DNA from: Rhizodiscina lignyota
Lineage: Eukaryota
NCBI GenBank assembly: GCA_010015805.1
Contig: ML978127.1
Location: forward strand, 186,001 to 250,000
Reading direction: 5' to 3'
DNA length: 64,000 nucleotides
The notes under the pieces are model-generated. The model was not told the DNA's origin, made no database searches, and saw nothing but the letters and a program-made list of their open reading frames with translations. Shown here piece after piece: positions 11,875 to 22,686 of this stretch; the first letter of the stretch is position 1, and each line of letters opens with the position of its first letter. The translations under genes and the position numbers were made by a program.

Positions 11875-14802
11875 ATGACTACCCCCGACACATCAGATCT
11901 CCGAGAACCTCTCCCCAGCCAGCAAAATGGAGATTCCAGCACAGCAGGCGACATAATAGCTACTGCCAGCATCGCAGTTGACGAATGTGTATGCAAAATA
12001 CCGCCATCCGCCTTGTTACGGATGCTTCACGGCGTGGGCGTGGCAACAAAGACCCCCGAGGGCATTATTGAACTAGTCGCTGCATGGATCTTGTCTCGAA
12101 GAGTTACTGGATTCCATACTCCAGATAACGATCAAATTGATGCAGATGTTTCCTTTCCACTTTCGAAATGGATTGATACGATAGACTCTAGCCATCTTAG
12201 AGAATCCGACGACTTTCTGTCACTGGCCAGCATGGCAATCGGAGTTGCATTTCTGCGGGAGTCCTGCCGGCAGGACCATCATGTCACCGATGCAGAACTC
12301 GAGATCGTCTGGCAACTCATTTTCAAAGCGCTCACATCTACGCATCTCAGCCAGCCCTTTTACACTGCATCTCGCAGCGCGCAAGGGTTCCTGTCAGTCG
12401 CCCTCTGTAGTCTGGTGAAGGAGAATGGAGATATTGACGAGCTATACCGACTTCATGTTTGGCTACCCGATGAGAAGCGTGGAAGTCACGAATTTGCAGT
12501 ACATTCCCACCAACCTTTTGCCCAGAGCTGGATACTAGCTGGTGAAGGAAAGGATCATGCTTATAAGGTTCAACGAAATGTAGACTCGGAAGTTGCCACT
12601 CACGCGGAATATGAGCTCGCATGGGAGATTGGCAGAAATCTTCCAGGCACTACTTACAGCGCAGATCATAAATATTCCGTTGTCAAAAATACAGGAAGAT
12701 TGGTTCACACTACAGAATTGGGCTCGGCGGCTCACACTCGAGACATGACTTATACGATCGACGCAAATTGCTTCCACACAACAGAGGTTGCGCCGGATGC
12801 GTTCCATGCTACTCTTTTCTTCTTCGACTCTCACCGTGGATTCGTGAAAGATGCAGGCGTCCTGGGCCCCAAAAATGGAGATTCTAATGTCGTGGTTCGT
12901 GACTCTGCCGGTGTGACACCAGCAGATCTCGCCAGCGCCGCTAATGCTGTACGCTCCTGGGAAAAGTACATGGAACGAGGTCGGAGATACGGTCGGCGGT
13001 CTGAATTGGAGCACGAATTTCGAGAATTCAACAATGCACTCAACGAGTGCGATGCAATCGAAAGTGTACCACATGCAACTCGCTACAGACATCTGGTTCT
13101 TGGAGAGTTGGGATACCTGAACAGGAAGTTTGGAAAGTACGAAGTAGCCAAAGACCAATTGGAGGAAGCCATCAGAGGCCTGGACGGCACTGTGGAGCAA
13201 GTGGAGGTTCGCGGTGAATTAGGCGTCGTTTACCGTCATATGAATCGTCTTGAGGATGCAAGACGCGCATTCCAGACTCAATACGACAAAGCGAGGCAGA
13301 TTAACAACGACCTTGCAACATGTCGTGCCATCGGAAATTTGGGCATGGTCAACTATCAGCTATCTCAGCAAAATCACGACGGTCAGTTACTGGAGCTAGC
13401 CATCCAACAGCAATTTGAACGCATTCGCGAGGCACGTCGTATCCAGGAGACAATGGAGGTTCGAACGACGGATCAGAGAAAGAAAGCCCAATGGACGAAA
13501 CAAGTGTCCTCCTGGGAGTCTATTGGCCTGGACCGTCTGTCCCTTTGCTATACAGCACAAGGAAACACAAAGGAGGCAGTCAAAATTTGTTTACAGTCAC
13601 AAAAGATTACATGCCGCTCAGAAGATCCTACTGTGATCGCATTCTCACGCTTTTTCTTCGGCCGGGCGTTGTTACACGACGGACAATGTGAGGAAGCACT
13701 AAAGCAGTTCAATTCTTCTGACAGATGTACTCCTGCTATTGCGTTATGTAAAGAGCCCTCTGAGGAACATCGGCGATATTTGAAGGAATTGGTGGATGCC
13801 GGGGCGAACTTGGATCTTACCGACGAGAATAGCTACACTGCATTGGATTACGCCGTGTTTAATGGCGACTCAGCAGCGGAGCAGATAGTGCTTGAAGGAC
13901 TCCACCAAAAGCTCGAAGGCGATGTTGGGCGCAAGATTGTGGAGAGTCAGAGAGAGGCAAGGCTTCGGAAAGCCTATCGCGAGCTCTTTCAGGAAAAGAT
14001 GCGACCAGTACTCCTACGTGGCGGCGGCCATAAGACACAAGAGAATCTTCGGCGTGTTTACGACAATGCTCTCGCTGAAGACAAGGGCAAGAGAGAGATG
14101 TTTGATCAGCTCAAATTTGTGCGCTACTCTAATTTCCTCAACTTTGGCAGGCTGCCCCGATCCAGCGACGGACTTGCGCAGCCACTTATGACTGGACCCC
14201 AGGGATGCTACGGTGAGGCTTCGGTTGATTTCGTCATCTTCTTCTCCTATCGATGGATCAATAAAGAAGGAGGAATATCCTTACCGGACGACATGATGAA
14301 CACCCAGTATCACAGAATGGTCGCCGCAACTGAAGAGTTCCTGAGACTTCATGGAAGAACAGATCGAGACAAATTGGGCATATGGATGGTAAGTCACTCT
14401 GTCACAGTAAACTACTGGTCGACATCTCATTCATCCGCTTGACAGGACTATGCCTGCGTAAACCAAGACGAACCGGCCTCAGGTGTCGCGGCACTTCCCA
14501 TGATTCTTGCTCAGTGCGACGCAATAATAAGTCTCGTCGATGATATTTTCTATAGCCGGGCGTGGTGCTGCGTCGAAAGTATCATTGCACAGACACTGAA
14601 GAAATCGTACAACGAGCATCTATGGTACGAGCATGTGCCTATTCAACTAGACGAGAGCGGAATCGGTGGTGGTGGGAGATGGGGCTTAAGGGAAGGGCCA
14701 ACAGATTTCCAGATTGTCATGGCAGAGAAAGACCTAACAAAAGAAGAGGAGGACCGACCCAAGGTCTTGTTCTTAGAAAGGCAGAGCAGGTTGTTGGGAT
14801 AA
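11875..14802 (+). CDS. Multidomain protein: cupin-like domain, TPR repeats, ankyrin repeat and C-terminal HET-like domain
   Basis: Cupin-like: YRLHVW..AVHSHQPFAQSWILAGEG..FHTTEV. TPR-like: LGELGYLNRKFGKYEVAKDQLEEA, GELGVVYRHMNRLEDARRAF, IGNLGMVNYQL. Ankyrin: GANLDLTDENSYTALDYAVFNG. HET motifs: FFSYRW, IWM|DYACVNQD, YSRAWCCVE. Intron 14389-14445 joins the two ORFs. Confidence 0.85.
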
Positions 14803-14814
14803 ATCACCAGTGCC

Positions 14815-15618
14815 ATGAAAGGTGAGTATTGAAACACCAAATGCAAGAGTAGACTGACCAACTTGCTCTGCTCGAACAGCGGTATGTTGCGAAACATTTC
14901 CTTCAAGTGACATGCTTAGGTTCGTTGAAGAACTCTGCCAGGAATTCGCATCCTCGAACACAGTTGCCACAGTTGAAAACTTCGACGAAGGATGCAGTGC
15001 TGCGGTAAAGGCAAAGCTGGCTTATAGCAGGATATGGATTTCAAATTGTGTTGAGAGAAGCTTATATATTTCTGACAGAGCATCTACTCTGCTCAGCACG
15101 GTAACCGTCGCATACGAAGCTCGGGAGATAATGCTGGACTGATATGACCGCAGTGCTACAGTTTGATGGCTCAACGCGACAATTGGCTCAATCTTCGCAC
15201 CGCTACACGTTCATCGAGATTGCAGAACTTAGTCGCAATGACAACCTCCAGATGAAGGAAATCTCGCTTGCCGCGCAACGAGACAGCACCGACATGCGCG
15301 CGATTGCTGTTCTGACGTTAGTGTTTCTGCCAGCTACATTTGTCGTTGTAAGAATCCAAAAAGGCGTCTCGGGTACATGCAGACCCACTACTGATGGCAT
15401 CATTTCTAGACGGTTTTCAGCACTAGCTTCTTCAACTTTACCAAGACTGGCCTGATTGTTCAGATCTTCATTGGGTCTACCGGGTCACTACTGTGGGCCT
15501 CACAGCAATCGTCGTAGCTTCCTGGCTCCTTTTCTCCTGGCGCATTCAGAAAAAACGCAAAATGGCTTCACGATCTGATAGCGATGGTAGAACAACGATG
15601 GCGAAGAAGACTGTCTAA
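14815..15618 (+). pseudogene. Truncated, frameshifted CorA-like (fungal Mg2+ transporter-like) gene relic
   Basis: It contains AAQRDSTDMRAIAVLTLVFLPATFV, then an intron, then TVFSTSFFNF. The second TM segment (HWVYRVTTVGLTAIVVASWLLFSWR) lies in a shifted frame near 15460. The long N-terminal cytoplasmic region is missing. Confidence 0.65.
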
Positions 15619-16228
15619 CTGAATGTCTGCGCGAGCATGGGAGCAGAGTCAGGGTACCGTCGAACCAATCCTCTTCCGGCTGCAAGATCCGCATTTCTGC
15701 CTAGATAACCTGACACTGTACATATTATACCAGGCTCCGCAGAAAGTTGGAAGTCCTACTTTCTAGAGGTATTCATGTCAGCGTACACTGCAAAAGTGCA
15801 TCCGATGAATGAGCGAACTCTTGCTTGAAACCCGGGTCTTCACATAAAGAATAAAGAACAAACCACGAAGTCAGCAAGAAGTACAAAAAGATCTGAAGAT
15901 CAAGCTGCTGCTTAAACAGCTGGAATACTAGCCCACGAACGCCATTTCACATATTCTGATTTGTGCCGCACAACCGTGGAAGATGCCTTCTCCTCTGTAT
16001 TCATCATCAGTATTCGTTCTTCTCTCGCCTACTTTCAACCAAGAGTATACTGGCACTGTTAATCAATTCAAAGTCTTGTTTCCGCACAAACTTTCCTTTG
16101 TATGAGACATTGTATCGCGTCCGCATCGACCTCGCGAGCGGAAACCTCACTCGAGCATGGGTTGAAATATGGCTTCCTCCTGCCTTCTTCCGTGTTCTTC
16201 TTTCATTTCAGAAACTCTCAAACCCATC

Positions 16229-16870
16229 ATGGCTTTCGAGTACTCTCCGGATGCAGAGCCAGATGCAGGGCCAGATGACGATGACAACGATTCAAGCCGG
16301 CTCCCTAGCCTTCCCATTCTTTTATCTGTCTCTACGTTCTTTCTGAGCTTTCCGATGCTCTTCAGTTTTCCGATCTGCTTCGGCACGTTCCTATGCAGTT
16401 TTCCGTCGCTCCAGTTCACGCTCAAAGCACTGATATCTTTGGCAATCCTGATGATGCCAATACTCTTCCTACCGCGAGAGCGAAGGGGGAAAGAGGAAGA
16501 GGAAACCCCTCCCCGCCCGCAATTGATGTTGGAGACATACGTCAACTGGCGCAAGGAGTGCGACTCAGTGCTCGCCAACAAAGAGACCATGACTTCAATA
16601 CCGACTGCTCCTTGGTGGCCTTGCTCTGTCCCCTCGTGTGAAAAGCTAGAAAGCCTTCACGCGTGCCAACATTCTCTTGACCAGCTCTTCCGCTGCGCTG
16701 ATGGATACAACGGACTTGACTTGGGGAGCGTGCTCAAAGAGGAGTGGCGTCGATGGCACCCTGATAAGTTTAGCAGATGTCCCGAGGCTGCGAGAAAGAG
16801 CATTATGAAGGAAACGACCGTCATATTCCAAGTCATTGGCAACCTGTTGGATAAGGCAGCCAAGGAATAA
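16229..16870 (+). CDS. Hypothetical membrane-anchored protein with a C-terminal J-domain-like WHPDKF motif
   Basis: Acidic N-terminus, a long hydrophobic stretch, Cys/His motifs (CSVPSC, ACQH) and LKEEWRRWHPDKF..FQVI. ATG 16229 has a good context; an alternative start lies at 16169. Confidence 0.65.
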   Translation: MAFEYSPDAEPDAGPDDDDNDSSRLPSLPILLSVSTFFLSFPMLFSFPICFGTFLCSFPSLQFTLKALISLAILMMPILFLPRERRGKEEEETPPRPQLMLETYVNWRKECDSVLANKETMTSIPTAPWWPCSVPSCEKLESLHACQHSLDQLFRCADGYNGLDLGSVLKEEWRRWHPDKFSRCPEAARKSIMKETTVIFQVIGNLLDKAAKE

Positions 16871-17093
16871 GATTGTCGAAGCTGTTACACTTTTCGATTG
16901 GAGTTATGGAGAGAAATCCCTTTTGATCATTTCGTCATCTGTATGGAATAGCGTAAGTGTCTTCATGTTTGAGGAAGAATGATAAGTTGATTTCCAGTAA
17001 AAGATTTGTAAACTGTTGAATCACCGTGACTGTGACGTTGCCCTCCATGCTCTAGCCTCTCCATTTCCACCAGAGCTCTGACCTCACCGCAAC

Positions 17094-18299
17094 ATGCCAC
17101 CCGCCCAACCATCCTCGTCCACCTCATCAGCTTCCAATCCACAAGCACCATCTCTACTACCCGTATCTCAGGGCCCTCGTCTTATTGTTTACCACCAGAC
17201 GCATCATCTCTCAAATGGCGATCCTGTTTCTCTCCTTCCCCTCATAACGAATAACACTGGCATCACCCATGTGATTGTCGCCGCGCTACACCTGAACGAT
17301 GGACCTGGCAATATCACGTTAAACAACGATCCCCCTTCGCACAATAAGTTTGACCAGCTATGGGGTGAAGTGCGATGGCTACAAGGTGCGGGGGTTAGAG
17401 TGCTACTGATGCTTGGAGGAGCGGCACAAGGGACTTATGAGAGATTATGCGGAGACAATGCTTCGGTATGAAGATGGCATCTCTTCACTATATATACGAT
17501 CATGTCTTGCTAATGTAGGCCTCAGTTCGAAGCCTACTACCAGCCGCTCCTCTCCATCCTCCGAACCTACAACTTCAACGGCATAGACCTTGACATAGAG
17601 GAACCCGTGACGCATTTACCAATCCGTCGTCTCATCCTCCGGCTCCACCAAGACATGGGCGATTCCTTTCTCATCACTCTCGCACCCGTAGCCACTGCTC
17701 TGACCCCGGACCCAAAGATACCCATCATAATGCCCGTCTTCGGCCTGCTGCCTTCCCTTCGCCATCTCTCAGGCGACAAATTCAGCTACTTTGTCCTCGA
17801 GAGCGATCCAGAGCTCAAGCGCATAATAAGCTGGTATAATGTGCAGTTCTACTGCGGATGGGGTGATGCGAGCCGGACGACGCACTATGATACAATCATT
17901 CGGGCGGGCTGGGATCCGAGCAGAGTCGTCATGGGCGTGGTCACGAACGCTGAGAACGGCGCTGGCCATGTCCCTCCCGAGCGACTGAGCGAAGTGATCA
18001 CAACGCTGAGGCAGACGTATCCGGACTTCGGTGGGGTCATGGGATGGGAATACTTCAATGCTGGGTTGGAGAGCAAAGAGGGGAATGGGCCGTGGGAGTG
18101 GGTGGGGAAAATAGGAAAGGCGGCTAGGATGGTCTCGCCAGCAGCTTCCGTACCGATAGGCCCAAAGCCGAACATGTGGAAAGAGGAGGACGTGCAATGG
18201 CTGATAGAGATGGGGGCGGATAGGGGCAAAGCAGAAGGAGCGCTTGAGGCGGCGGATGGGAACGTGGAGGTCGCAGCAGGATTGCTGTTTGAAAGCTGA
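17094..18299 (+). CDS. GH18 endo-beta-N-acetylglucosaminidase (Endo-T-like, cytosolic) with C-terminal UBA domain
   Basis: Motifs RLIVYHQT, THVIVAALHLN, LMLGGAA, catalytic GIDLDIEE after intron 17466-17525, WYNVQFYCGWG and FGGVMGWEYFN. No signal peptide. The C-terminus EEDVQWLIEMGADRGKAEGALEAADGNVEVAAGLLF fits the UBA pattern. Confidence 0.88.
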
Positions 18300-18671
18300 T
18301 CGGATTCTCCTGCACAGCGCGGAAGAAGCATCTTCTTTTAAATGAGAGCCTCTGCACAAGGACACCACTTGGGGCTAGTGCAATACAGGAGCTATCATGA
18401 CGACCGTGGGGAGTTGCACGTGAATTCAGATAACATTGCACACATATAGGTAGCACACGGCTCCAGATGAAAAGCGAGTAACTGATTGAATTTCGTTTAC
18501 TATGGGTGCTACCTTGAGACAGTCACAACCCAATGCAATCCATTCTCAGTCCTCACTAACTTTGGATACCATTCATTTTTGGATATCACTCATGGCCAGC
18601 CATTGAACTGGTTATTCTGAAAGCCGTGTGCGTCGTAACTCGAGCAATGAGAAAAGGGTCATCAGCAGCTG

Positions 18672-20273
18672 TTAAGCACCAATGGCCTGTGGATTCCAGA
18701 AAATGTTCCCTGGATCGACTACCTCCTTCAGCGCAAGCAATTTGGCGTACAGCGTACTACCGTAGTATTCCTCATGAGCCTCAGCCGGTGTCAAGCTCGG
18801 ATCAATATAGTTCAGATATGCGCCAAACGTGGTGTTCGGCATGTCCTGCTCCAGCGCCGTGTTCATGCCTTGGACAAAGTTGAATGCGGTCGCTGGGAAA
18901 GACACGTTCGCTGGTTCGGAAGAATAGTGTTGGAATACCCAGAGTGCATCACGATCGGAATACGCGGCGAAGTCGATGGTCTTAGTGTTGATCTGGCTGC
19001 CTGGGCCGCCGTAGAGATTGCAGATGCTGAACCAACTGCCAGTGTCGGGATTCGCGCCTTCATTGATGAGATAAGTGAAATAGTTCGTCACGGCGTCTTC
19101 AGTAAGAGGCGAGATCTCGGGCACTGTAACACTTTTCGCGAAGAAGTTGTCATGTTCGTTGACTGGAGGATTCAGGCTTGTACCATCGAGGATTGTAAGA
19201 GCATCAAGCCAAGCAATTGACTCCGTCGTGTTCTGCGATGGCGATGGAAGGCCACGAAGCATCTCCGTAACGATTGGATCGAAACTTGCAAGAGTCCCCG
19301 TATAGATGCCACGGACGAGGAAAACACCTCGGTCGACGTACGTGCCAAACGAGAGGTTCTCATCAACCACAGATGAATTGCGCGCGAAGTCCTGGAGATG
19401 GATGAATGCAGAAGTCGCCTTCTCGACAGACTCATTCAGGCCGGGAATGGTATACGTGAACCAAACAACATCCGACGGAGCAGGCTCAGTCTGGAAGTAA
19501 AAATTGAGGACGACGCCAAAGAACTCTGCTGCTCCACGAAGCGCCTGTGTACGTAAACAAGAGCTGTATGCACGCGACGTGGGACACTTACGTAGAATAT
19601 TTCTGGGTAGGAAGTCATGGAGGTGGTTATGTAGGTACCATTCGGTAGCACAGCGTCCATAGCAATGATATGATCGAGTGTCAAGCCCCAAAGGCGAGAA
19701 GAGTATCCATACCCACCGTGGGTGGCATGACCACCGATGCCAATACTACAGCATTGGTCAGAATCAGAATCCAAGATAACCACTGGAGTCGACTTACCCA
19801 GAACAAGTGCCGTGAGGCAGAGCGCGTGTTCCTTCATTGAAGAGCTTCTGGGCCATCGTGCCGAGGCGCATACCACCTCCCACTTTGGCGACCTGGTTGC
19901 TGTCGATTGAGAAGTCTTGGAAGTTGCGAACGTCGATAACCATGCTTCCGTTCTGACCACCCAATCCAAAAGCTGCATAAGAGTGTCCACCGCTACGAGA
20001 TGCAACCTTGATGCCAGATTCAGATGCGCACACAACGGCATCCGAGACGTGCTGAGGAGTGGTGGGCAGCACGATGACCACAGGCTTGTATGGCAAGCGA
20101 AGATTGAACGGAGCCGAGAGGTTCGCGTATTGAGCGTCAGTAGAGTTGACATATGGCACTCCCTTCGTTGTTAAGCAGTCGCTTGGACATCCCTGCGCAC
20201 TTGCATCGACGACCAAAGTCACCGAAGAGGCCAGAAGGGTAAACGCCAAGCCGGACGTGAAAGAGAGTCTCAT
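18672..20273 (-). CDS. Secreted FAD-linked oxidase, berberine-bridge/glucooligosaccharide-oxidase type (CAZy AA7-like), 3 exons
   Basis: Signal peptide MRLSFTSGLAFTLLASS. RSGGHSY and HGTCSG|IGIGGH give the His and Cys covalent FAD sites. C-terminal BBE motif AYLNYIDP..YYG..KLLALKEVVDPGNIF. Introns at 19746-19797 and 19545-19591. Confidence 0.92.
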
Positions 20274-22686
20274 CTTCGATAGAGTCCAGTTGATCGATAT
20301 GAGAATTTGGCAATGTAGGTAGCAGCAGCTTCCAGTTAAAAGATCTCGCCGCAAAACAGATGTTTGGTGTGAGATACTTTCTGAAAAGTGGTTGGAAGTA
20401 GGTAAGTAACAGAGCGAAAGACAGAATCGGAGAATTATATACTCTGGGGATCAGTCTGACGGTGCTCGTATTAAGCCTGGCGAATGATTCACAAACCAAC
20501 CCTATCAGAGTGAAGTTGGAGGAATCTATTTTCTGTGAGCAGGAAGTGACTCTCAGAAAGTAGTGTTCTCCGTGTCACTATAGCGGGTTCGCTCGGCTCT
20601 ACTTTCTGCAGCTTCGGGTAGTGTAGCACAAAAACAAGATGAGCCACGTGGAGATGAGTATAAACGAGCCGAGAGTTTCAAATTTCGAGATCCATCATCC
20701 GAGGTCGGCATTAGATTCGCGTGTTACGTGTAACTTTAAGCGATGAGATGGGAGAGGGAAAGTCTAAACTGCCGTACCACCTAACTAGGAAGTTACGATA
20801 TAGCTCTCCCGAACACACAGGATTAAGATTGCATCGCGAGGTCTGCAAATGCAGTGATTCGTCGCTCCTAACCAGCAACCGCATCTGCTACCAAAGAGTC
20901 GAGGGAAGCGGAGGCTGGCGGGCTTCAGCTGTATTAAATTCCGGGGGTTATCCCAGGGTTGAGAGCATCCTCGTCGAGAGGATTTGATCAATTTTGACCA
21001 ATTTTGGGGGCCTTCAGGTAGGATGAGGAGCCAAATAATCTCTCCTGCTTGCGCTCTCAGGGGGGCTAGGGTTCATATGTGCCTACGGAGGACCGGAGAG
21101 GCAGTTGGAAAGTCCAGTGAGGTCAATGAGCAGCGCCAAGTCGACGTCGGAAGAAGCGCTGCAGCCATCCGAAATTGGAATAGAGTGCCCTGGCGTGTTA
21201 GGCTTAGCGCGATCTTCCGCGACGCGTATGATCTCTTCACGCGTTTATCATTCCTCTTTGATTAATTTTGACTTCTCCGCTCTGCTCTATGTGCAATGGC
21301 TACGTCCAACTTCCCAATATACACCTGAGCATTATGTGGAGTGCTGTGGCGCCATCCTTTTAATCTTTCGAGAGAACCGAGAGAATTCTGCTTAATCCAC
21401 TGCCTTCCGAAAGATGAGTGGCTGCTCCAAGAAGGACGAAGAACTCCGGCGAATCTCGACAGGAGACAACAATTCGTGAAGGAGCAGACGAGGCTGGATT
21501 TTTATACCATCTACTGCCTTTCCGAATGTCCGCTCGTGCGCCGCGACGAGATGATCCTACGGATGCCCCTGATCACGCCGGGATTGAGGACAATATCACT
21601 GAGCGGTTCAAGGTGACAATACCTAGTATTGCAATTCGAGCTTGAAAATCATCTGGTGGTACGCTGCCGCGCTCGAATTATCAGCTTCAACAATTGCTAG
21701 CGAAGAACATCTGGAGCCGGGACTTATCACTTTTAACGAGAAATTTCAATGGCTTACTTTCCAAACTGGCCACAACGTTCTCGAACAAGCTATCGCATTG
21801 CTCGGGGGTAGTACTTCATGAGTTTATGGAGCTGCTAGAGACATGAGAACCTCCGTCCATTCAACTGACTATTCGGATTCGCTGCTGCTGTTCCAGGCTG
21901 CCTCACCTCTCATCCATTTTAGAGCCTCCTCGGATACTTTTTGGAGCAGCCCTAACAAATCGCACGGTCTATCAAGGTCAAGCAATGTCAATGCGTTTTC
22001 GCCATCCTTTACATCCGTACTCAATATCAGTGATGGTTTCAAACACCATGCTGGAGTTGAGGCGTGACGCACAGCCACTCTAAGCCTGCGAACCCGGCCT
22101 TGGCATGCCGATACACCTGCGGCTCTTCTGCGAGGATTACTCCGCTCTGCTGATCCTAATCCAACAGCAATTTTTGGCCCGAGCGATGTAGATGCTCTTC
22201 TAATTTAACTAATTCTTAGCAGAGCCCGCAACTCGTCAAAAATTAACTGGAAAAGTTTAGTCGGAAAGTCTTCCTTCGCCTCGTATTTGGACGGGAGAGT
22301 ATCATAATGTTCCTGGAATTAGGTCGACTGCGAGAATCCTGTGGCAGGGAAGTCTGCCATGGCCTCTCTCGTCTCTCGCTGTTATTTTTACCACATTCTG
22401 ATGTAGATCTGTTGCAGCGAGTCGCCCATACCGTTTCAGCCCCAAGTCCCTCTCCACATCCTTTCAATACAGGCACCGCCCAAACCGCGCCTCCTAGCGC
22501 CCTGTACGTCACTCCAGGCAAATGTAACGCTAATCATGGGCGAGAAGACTTGAAAATAGTCGATCTACGTTCGATCTGTCTTTTCCGCATCTTCACTTTC
22601 CTTCATAACATTCACTTTTGGTTCAGATTCATTCTTCGTCCACCACGTTCATTTCGGATTGCCATCGACATTAGTAAAATTCGAAC

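Noticed and set aside
17094..20273. GH18 plus AA7 oxidase as a chito-oligosaccharide gene pair
   Set aside because: The GH18 lacks a signal peptide and is ENGase-type, while the oxidase is secreted. The genes are convergent with no shared promoter, so adjacency alone is not evidence.
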